Positions 33,877 through 39,638 of a stretch of 39,638 nt of DNA are shown here, in pieces (position 1 is the first letter of the stretch; each line of letters opens with the position of its first letter). The DNA comes from Candidatus Saccharimonadales bacterium (lineage in GTDB: Bacteria > Patescibacteriota > UBA1384 > 2-12-FULL-50-11). A program made the position numbers and the translations under genes. The notes beneath the pieces are model-generated. The model was not told the origin of the DNA. It ran no database searches and saw nothing but the letters and a program-made list of their open reading frames with translations. The stretch is from contig DATKGP010000008.1 of NCBI GenBank assembly GCA_035510775.1, positions 1 to 39,638 on the forward strand, written 5' to 3'.

Positions 33877-34283
33877 GCGGCGAACCGTTTATCGACGATG
33901 CTGACCAACTCGTCAGGAGTGTGGTAGGACTTGACGAGGTAGTCTACTGCCCCGAGCGACAAGGCCAGCTGACGGTCTTTATCGGTCTGTTCGCTACCAA
34001 GGTTGGTCAGGACAATCACTGGAATGTCGCGGGTGTCGGCTCGAGCCTTGAGGCGTTTCAAGATTTCAAAACCGTTTATCCCTGGTAGCAGGATGTCGAG
34101 CAAAATTAAATCAGGAACATCGCCGGCCTTTTTCAGGGCTTCTTGGCCATTTTCCGCTACCTCTAACTCGAAACCGGACTCTTCAAAGGCCTCTTTATAG
34201 AGGTCGAGCAGTAGCGGCTCGTCCTCGACCAAGAGGATGGTCTTTCTAGATTTCTTGACCTTAGCACTTTTGATGTTAGGCAT
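33873..34283 (-). CDS. stand-alone response regulator receiver (CheY-like)
   Basis: Motifs ILLVEDEP, LILLDILLPGINGF (phospho-acceptor Asp), IPVIVLTN and GAVDYLVK. No output domain is present. Confidence 0.9.
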   Translation of the reverse strand: MPNIKSAKVKKSRKTILLVEDEPLLLDLYKEAFEESGFELEVAENGQEALKKAGDVPDLILLDILLPGINGFEILKRLKARADTRDIPVIVLTNLGSEQTDKDRQLALSLGAVDYLVKSYHTPDELVSIVDKRFAA

Positions 34284-34284
34284 A

Positions 34285-35904
34285 CTATCTCCTTGCTAGT
34301 TTGGCGTCCGCTTCCGGGAAGACGACTCTAAACGTCGAACCCCGATGCGGCCGCGATCTTACATTAATCCTTCCGCCTTGCTTTTCAACGAAAGATTTTA
34401 CAATAAACAAACCCAAGCCAGCGCCTGACTCCCGACTTCGGTGAGCGCTGTCGGTTCGGCGAAACTTGTCGAAGATTGTCTCTTGGTCGTGACCGCTAAT
34501 GCCGACACCGGTATCTGTCACTTCAACGATAACATCGCATTCGCCGGTTAGTCTATTGGTTCGCGAGAAACGGCGAACCGTCACTCCGCCTCGGTTGGTG
34601 TACTTAATAGCGTTTTCAATTAAATTGGCGAAAATCTGTTCAATTCTAACCGGGTCACCTAGAATTGTGATTTTGTCGCTTGGTTCGTTCAAGGTTAGAA
34701 ATAGTTTTTTGGCCTCGGCCTTGAGCCGCAGATCGGTCGCGACCTTTTTCAAAACCGGGTAAATAAGCATCGGCTGAATGGAAAACCTTAGCTGCTCTTC
34801 TTCAAAATGAACCACTTGTAGCAAGTCTTCGGCTAGCTTAACCAGGCGATCACTGGCCAGAGTGGCCTGTCTTAGATAATTTTGGTGTTTTTCGCTCAAC
34901 TGCTCGCGGTTTTTTTCAATCAGGCTCAGATAACCCTTTACCGCGGTAATCGGGGTTCGTAACTCGTGGGTGGCGATGGAGATGAATTCGTTCTTGCGCT
35001 GCTCCAACTCTTTGAGCTTGGAAACATCTCTGACAATACAGATGGTTTGCTCGAGTTCGTTTTGGTCATTGAAGAGAAACGAGCCAGAAACACTTACCCA
35101 AATTTGGTGGCGAGACTTGGTAGCAATCTGAAATTCTTGGCCGAAAACTGCCCGCCCATCAACCGGCGATTGGTTGGTTGCCAGGGTTTTTAGCCAATCC
35201 GGTGAGTCACTTCGACGAAAAACCTCTTTGTAGGGTCGAGAAGTTGCTTCGCGCGGCGAGAAGCCGGTAATGTGCTGCATCGGCCGATTCCAGTTTTCCA
35301 CCGACAGATTTCTGTCAAGAATCATCAGCCCCTCGCTTAAATGCTGGGTGACGGCTTTCAGGCGGTCATTCTGGGTCGACAGAGTCCGGTTGCTCTGATC
35401 CGAGTGATGACGTAAATTTAACAAAGCCTGGACGGCTTCAAGGAAACGGATCTCTCGAGGCTCGAGGGGTTTGGAGGTAAAAAAACTGATGTGATAGTGG
35501 CAGGTTGAGGAATCTGCCTGAAGTAAATATAGATAACGCAAAAAAATCGGTCGGTGTTTGGAGGTCAGCCGCAGGCTTATTCTCGATTGAGCCACCTCCC
35601 GGCCTTTGGCGGCCTGGTTGACCTTGCTAATCAGCTTTTTTTCTTCGGCTCTCGGCAGCGATGAATAGATCAGCGAATCATCGCTTTGGTCAAAGATGGC
35701 GATGATTTCGGCCGGAAAAAAGTGGTTAAAAATGGTTCCAATCCGGCTACAGAGCTGCCGGTCTGTATCGGTTTCTTGGCTTAGAAGCTCGATTATTTCA
35801 AACCTATTAATATCATCTCGAATTTCGTCTGAATAAGAGCCGCTCAATTTCTGCAGCCACTGTTCCCAAACAGCGAGGTAATTACTGGTCGTCGATTTAG
35901 CCAT
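34285..35904 (-). CDS. soluble sensor histidine kinase (unknown N-domain, PAS, HisKA, HATPase_c)
   Basis: H-box SIATHELRTPITAV, N-box NLIENAIKYT, G1 DTGVGIS and G2 GAGLGLFIV. No TM helix is evident. ATG 35904 is preferred, with GTG 35928 as an alternative. The stop lies 1 nt before the receiver gene start. Confidence 0.9.
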   Translation of the reverse strand: MAKSTTSNYLAVWEQWLQKLSGSYSDEIRDDINRFEIIELLSQETDTDRQLCSRIGTIFNHFFPAEIIAIFDQSDDSLIYSSLPRAEEKKLISKVNQAAKGREVAQSRISLRLTSKHRPIFLRYLYLLQADSSTCHYHISFFTSKPLEPREIRFLEAVQALLNLRHHSDQSNRTLSTQNDRLKAVTQHLSEGLMILDRNLSVENWNRPMQHITGFSPREATSRPYKEVFRRSDSPDWLKTLATNQSPVDGRAVFGQEFQIATKSRHQIWVSVSGSFLFNDQNELEQTICIVRDVSKLKELEQRKNEFISIATHELRTPITAVKGYLSLIEKNREQLSEKHQNYLRQATLASDRLVKLAEDLLQVVHFEEEQLRFSIQPMLIYPVLKKVATDLRLKAEAKKLFLTLNEPSDKITILGDPVRIEQIFANLIENAIKYTNRGGVTVRRFSRTNRLTGECDVIVEVTDTGVGISGHDQETIFDKFRRTDSAHRSRESGAGLGLFIVKSFVEKQGGRINVRSRPHRGSTFRVVFPEADAKLARR

Positions 35905-36026
35905 CTGTTTTAGATAGTATAATCCCACCCGTCAGGAAAACTAGCCAAGAAACAGGCATTATCGCCACTTTTCAGGTTAAGAAAATTGTAGGATGTTACA
36001 AATTGTGTAAATATTGCCAGCGGCTC

Positions 36027-36054
36027 TTGACAGAGTCAGTGGCTTTGTTAAAAT
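36027..36054 (+). promoter_or_regulatory. strong extended -10 sigma70-like promoter of greA
   Basis: TTGACA (36027-36032), a 16-nt spacer and TGtTAAAAT (36046-36054). This predicts a leader of about 160 nt before ATG 36221. Confidence 0.6.
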
Positions 36055-36220
36055 TTCTATGTAATTTGCGCCGAGGGCAAATGCGAACATGGTGTCTGAA
36101 AGTCAGGCACGAGATCAACGGAAGGTTACTCACTCCAAGGGCAGGGAAGGTCGAGGGGTTGGAGCATATAGGTACGGCGCGTAAACATTGCCAGATTTTT
36201 GGCATAACTAAGGAGAAGAA

Positions 36221-36682
36221 ATGACAAAAAAAGAGATTCTTATTACCTCGGAGGGGCTTCAAAAATTAGAAGCCGAACTCAAGGAGCTGACCGAGGTCAA
36301 GCGGCCGGAGGTTGTCGGTCGAATTAAGACCGCCAAAGAGCTGGGCGATTTGAGCGAGAACGCCGAGTACGTGGCGGCTAAAGAAGACCAGTCTTTTATC
36401 GAAGGCCGAATTCAAGAAATTGAGCAGACACTCAAGTATATTAAGGTTGCCGATAACCACGCTGCCAATGTTATTGGGGTTGGTTCACAGGTAAAAATCG
36501 AGGTCGAGGGCGACCAAGACTCTTTTGAAATCGTCGGAGCAACCGAATCTGATCCAGCTCACGGCAAAATCTCTCTCGATTCCCCAGTTGGTCGAGCCTT
36601 GCTCGGTCACAAGCCCAAAGATGTCGTGCCGGTACAAACCCCGGACGGCTCGGTCGACTACAAGATTCTGCAGGTTTCCTAA
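36221..36682 (+). CDS. greA: transcription elongation factor GreA
   Basis: LT.EGLQKLEAELKEL...R.EV...I..A.ELGDLSENAEY.AAKE is the GreA N-terminal coiled coil. The C-terminal segment ISLDSPVGRALLGHK is also present. AAGGAG lies 5 nt upstream. Confidence 0.92.
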   Translation: MTKKEILITSEGLQKLEAELKELTEVKRPEVVGRIKTAKELGDLSENAEYVAAKEDQSFIEGRIQEIEQTLKYIKVADNHAANVIGVGSQVKIEVEGDQDSFEIVGATESDPAHGKISLDSPVGRALLGHKPKDVVPVQTPDGSVDYKILQVS

Positions 36683-36722
36683 CTCTGGCAAGCTAGGTAA
36701 GACCTGGTAAACTGGTCTTAGG

Positions 36723-37922
36723 ATGATTTCTCTTGAATTAGTCAGGCGCAGCCCAGATTTGATAAAAGAATCTTTGCGTAAACGCAACGAAAACGCTTCG
36801 GTTGTTGATCAGTTGCTATTAATCGATAAAAAAAACCGAGAGCTACTACTTAAACAAGAGACCCTGCAGGCCAAGAAAAATCTTCTGGACAAAACTGCCG
36901 GTGCCAACCGTCAGGAACAGACCAAGCTAAAAGAAGAATTGCGTTTACTCAAAGAAAAAATTTTCCGCTTGCAAGAGCAGGATCTTGCCGGTTTGTTGGC
37001 GCAGTTGCCGAACGTGGTTGTAGAAGATGTCCCAGGCGGCCGCGACGCGCGTGATAATAAAGTCGTTGAAACTATCGGCAAGGTCGAAAAACGCGCCGGA
37101 TTGTCACACGAGGAGCTGATGATTAAGCACGACTGGCTAGATTTGGAAACAGCCGGGGAATTTTCTGGCTCACGTTTTCGCTATTTGAAAAATCAGGCGG
37201 CCTTGAAACATATGAAACTGATGAATTTGGCAATCGAACATGCCGTCGAAAATGGCTTTAAATTCATCATTCCGCCGACGATGGCTCATGCCAAAACCAT
37301 GCAAGCGACCGGGTTTTTCCCTCGTGGTATCGAAGAGGCTTACAAAGTTGACGAAGATTCTTATTTGGCTGGCACCTCCGAGCCGATGTTGCTGGCTCTA
37401 TCTGCCAACAAAAAATATCTTGCTAAAGACTTGCCGATTCGCCTAGTTGGCTTCTCGACTTGTTTTCGTCGGGAGGCCGGTTCGTACGGCCGCGACGTTA
37501 AGGGAATGTTTAGGGTTCACCAGTTCGACAAGGTCGAGATGGTTTCGGTCGTCTCGCCGGAAGATTCGGCCAAGGAGCACGAATTTCTAGTTTCCTTGCA
37601 GGAAAGTTTCGTCAAGAAGTTTGACCTGCCGTATCAGAAAGTTCTGCTTTGTGCTGCCGACCAGAGCCATATCGCTGCCAAGCAGTTCGACCTAGAGACT
37701 TGGTTTCCTTCCCAGCAAAAATACCGCGAGACCCACTCTTGCAGTAACTGCCTCGATTATCAGGCGCGGGAACTGAAGATAAAAGTCGTCGGCAAGGACG
37801 GCGAACCGATTCTAGCCCATACCCTCAACGGTACTCTGGCGACCGAGCGATTACTTTTGGCCGTCATCGAGAACAATCAGAATCTCGACGGTGAGGTGAC
37901 TTGGCCGAAAATTTTGAAATAA
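36723..37922 (+). CDS. serS: serine--tRNA ligase
   Basis: The protein has an N-terminal coiled-coil arm. Motif 2 is FRREAGSYGRDVKGMFRVHQFDKVE and motif 3 is GTLATERLLLAVIEN. Confidence 0.92.
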   Translation: MISLELVRRSPDLIKESLRKRNENASVVDQLLLIDKKNRELLLKQETLQAKKNLLDKTAGANRQEQTKLKEELRLLKEKIFRLQEQDLAGLLAQLPNVVVEDVPGGRDARDNKVVETIGKVEKRAGLSHEELMIKHDWLDLETAGEFSGSRFRYLKNQAALKHMKLMNLAIEHAVENGFKFIIPPTMAHAKTMQATGFFPRGIEEAYKVDEDSYLAGTSEPMLLALSANKKYLAKDLPIRLVGFSTCFRREAGSYGRDVKGMFRVHQFDKVEMVSVVSPEDSAKEHEFLVSLQESFVKKFDLPYQKVLLCAADQSHIAAKQFDLETWFPSQQKYRETHSCSNCLDYQARELKIKVVGKDGEPILAHTLNGTLATERLLLAVIENNQNLDGEVTWPKILK

Positions 37923-37925
37923 TAA

Positions 37926-39638
37926 ATGAGTTTTTTGACGAAAGTTTTCGGTGACCCGAACCGCCGTGAGGTTAATAAATACCAATATTTAGTCGACAAA
38001 GTCGGCGAGCACGAGCCAAAATTGGAGAAATTATCCAACCAGGAGCTAACGACGGAGTCGCTAAAGCTCAAAGACAAGATTTCTAAAGAAACAGAAGAAA
38101 TTCTCCAGCAAACCGAAGTAATTGAAGATCAAGTCGATCGTCGACATTCTCGCAAAAAAAGAATTAACGAGCTTTTGGAACCAGAAATAGCCTATGCTTT
38201 TGCCATGGTACGTGAAGCGGCCAAGCGAACTATTGGCCTGCGTCATTACGACGTCCAGCTAATCGGCGGTGCCGTTCTAAATCAGGGTCAGATCGCCGAG
38301 ATGCAGACCGGCGAAGGTAAAACCTTGGTGGCCAGCCTGCCACTTTACCTAAACGCCCTAACTGGTTGTGGAGCCCATTTGGTGACGGTCAACGACTACT
38401 TGGCCAGGCGTGATGCCGGCTGGATGGCGCCAATTTACCATCTGCTCGGCCTGTCGGTCGGAGTAATTGGGCCGCAATTTAGTCTTTTATACAATCCCGA
38501 ACAGACTAACGACGAAGCCGACGAGCGGCTCAAACACCTTCATCCAGTTTCGCGCCAACAAGCCTACCGAGCCGACATCACCTATGGAACCAACAACGAG
38601 TACGGTTTTGACTACCTGCGCGACAATATGGTCCAGGCACCAGAACAGATGGTTCAAAGAGAATCAGCATATGCTATTGTCGATGAAGTCGACTCTATTT
38701 TAATTGATGAAGCCCGAACGCCGTTAATTATTTCCAGCTTCTCTGCCCAATCAGCCGATTACTACAAGCAATTTGCCAAGTACGTCCCAAAACTTAAGGT
38801 GGAGGATGATTATATTCTCGATGAAAAAACCCGGACCGCTTCTCTGACCGACGCTGGCATTAAGAAGCTGGAGGGGATGATCGGGATTGAAAACCTCTAC
38901 TCGCCCGAACATGCCTCACTCGTCCACTACGCCGACACCGCTTTAAAGGCATATGCGCTATACAAGAAAAATAAAGATTACGTCGTTAAAGACGGCGAGG
39001 TAATTATCGTCGATGAGTTCACTGGCCGACTCTTGCAAGGCCGTCGCTACTCCAGTGGTCTTCACCAAGCCATTGAGGCCAAGGAAAATGCCAAAGTTCA
39101 GGAAGAGTCGGTGACCCTGGCGACGATTACCTTCCAGAACTACTTCCGACTTTATTGGAAGCTAGCTGGTATGACCGGCACGGCTGCCACCGAGGCCGAG
39201 GAGTTTTCTAAGATTTATTCGCTGGAAGTCGTCTCAATTCCGACTCACCGGCCATCAATCCGCCGCGATTTGCCGGATGAAATTTACAAAACCGAAGAGA
39301 GCAAATTTGCCGCGGTGGTTCGACAAGTCAAAGAACTCCAAGCGGCCGGCCAGCCGGTACTAATCGGCACGGTTTCGATCCAAAAATCGGAAAAACTTTC
39401 TAGGTTACTCAAGGCCAACAATGTTAAACACTCGGTTTTGAACGCCAAGTTTCACCAGAAAGAGGGTGAAGTCATCGCCCAAGCGGGCTTACCCGGCTCG
39501 GTGACCGTGGCCACCAATATGGCCGGTCGTGGGGTCGACATTGTTCTTGGGGGCACCCCGCCGCGACCAACAGATAACTCGGCAGACTTCAAAGACTGGG
39601 AGAAACGCCACCAAGAAATTCTCGATCTAGGCGGTCTG
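37926..39638 (+). CDS. secA: preprotein translocase ATPase SecA (3'-truncated by window end)
   Basis: The frame is open from ATG 37926 to the window end (571 codons, checked by eye). Motifs are [62 protein letters not shown] and [10 protein letters not shown]. Confidence 0.95.
   Translation, partial: MSFLTKVFGDPNRREVNKYQYLVDKVGEHEPKLEKLSNQELTTESLKLKDKISKETEEILQQTEVIEDQVDRRHSRKKRINELLEPEIAYAFAMVREAAKRTIGLRHYDVQLIGGAVLNQGQIAEMQTGEGKTLVASLPLYLNALTGCGAHLVTVNDYLARRDAGWMAPIYHLLGLSVGVIGPQFSLLYNPEQTNDEADERLKHLHPVSRQQAYRADITYGTNNEYGFDYLRDNMVQAPEQMVQRESAYAIVDEVDSILIDEARTPLIISSFSAQSADYYKQFAKYVPKLKVEDDYILDEKTRTASLTDAGIKKLEGMIGIENLYSPEHASLVHYADTALKAYALYKKNKDYVVKDGEVIIVDEFTGRLLQGRRYSSGLHQAIEAKENAKVQEESVTLATITFQNYFRLYWKLAGMTGTAATEAEEFSKIYSLEVVSIPTHRPSIRRDLPDEIYKTEESKFAAVVRQVKELQAAGQPVLIGTVSIQKSEKLSRLLKANNVKHSVLNAKFHQKEGEVIAQAGLPGSVTVATNMAGRGVDIVLGGTPPRPTDNSADFKDWEKRHQEILDLGGL

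Noticed and set aside
35996-36262. ORFs 35996-36262 (-) and 36003-36224 (+) in the kinase/greA intergenic region
   Set aside because: Neither has an SD, and both overlap the strong greA promoter and leader. The compositions are Cys/Arg-rich and unlike real proteins. I treat the region as regulatory RNA/DNA.

Overview
This is a gene-dense 39.6-kb bacterial chromosomal segment with about 46 CDS and 5 tRNA genes, read in the standard genetic code and with roughly 50% GC by eye. Housekeeping genes dominate. They include an NADAR protein, YbjQ, a mini-DnaJ, a minimal GGDEF cyclase, tRNA-Lys, trxB, yvcK, an ABC-2 exporter, miaA and comM. A three-gene type IV pseudopilin/PilX-like operon follows, then tRNA-Gly, tRNA-Cys-secG plus an orphan family-5 solute-binding protein, and two tandem tRNA-Leu genes. 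Next come an SLT lytic transglycosylase and a compact alaS. The cell-envelope block is ftsA, a 603-aa bitopic protein, ruvX, mltG and mreBCD-PBP2. The window ends with a PucR-type regulator converging on a soluble histidine kinase/stand-alone receiver pair, then greA, serS and a 3'-truncated secA. The compact enzymes, the pilins beside comM and the lack of biosynthetic genes fit a reduced-genome Patescibacteria/CPR-like organism, but that is inference only. I see no transposase, integrase, CRISPR array or recognisable defence gene, and I could not support a self-contained novel multi-gene system. The observations most worth a second look are listed here. (1) A hairpin-dense ~270-nt non-coding segment ending in an intrinsic terminator lies upstream of ftsA. 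(2) A structured GC-rich 385-bp region upstream of tRNA-Gly carries a decayed tRNA-Gly copy, and a tRNA-bracketed orphan gene lies just downstream of tRNA-Gly. (3) ftsA is followed by a large bitopic protein rather than ftsZ. (4) The comM-adjacent pilin operon encodes a 471-aa adhesin-like pseudopilin. (5) At least seven operon-leading genes have a sigma70-like -10 box 6-9 nt from the start codon and no Shine-Dalgarno, whereas orphan genes are SD-led. (6) Three monocistronic orphan genes sit on the opposite strand to their neighbours. All functional calls come from motif recognition by eye, and no database search was run.
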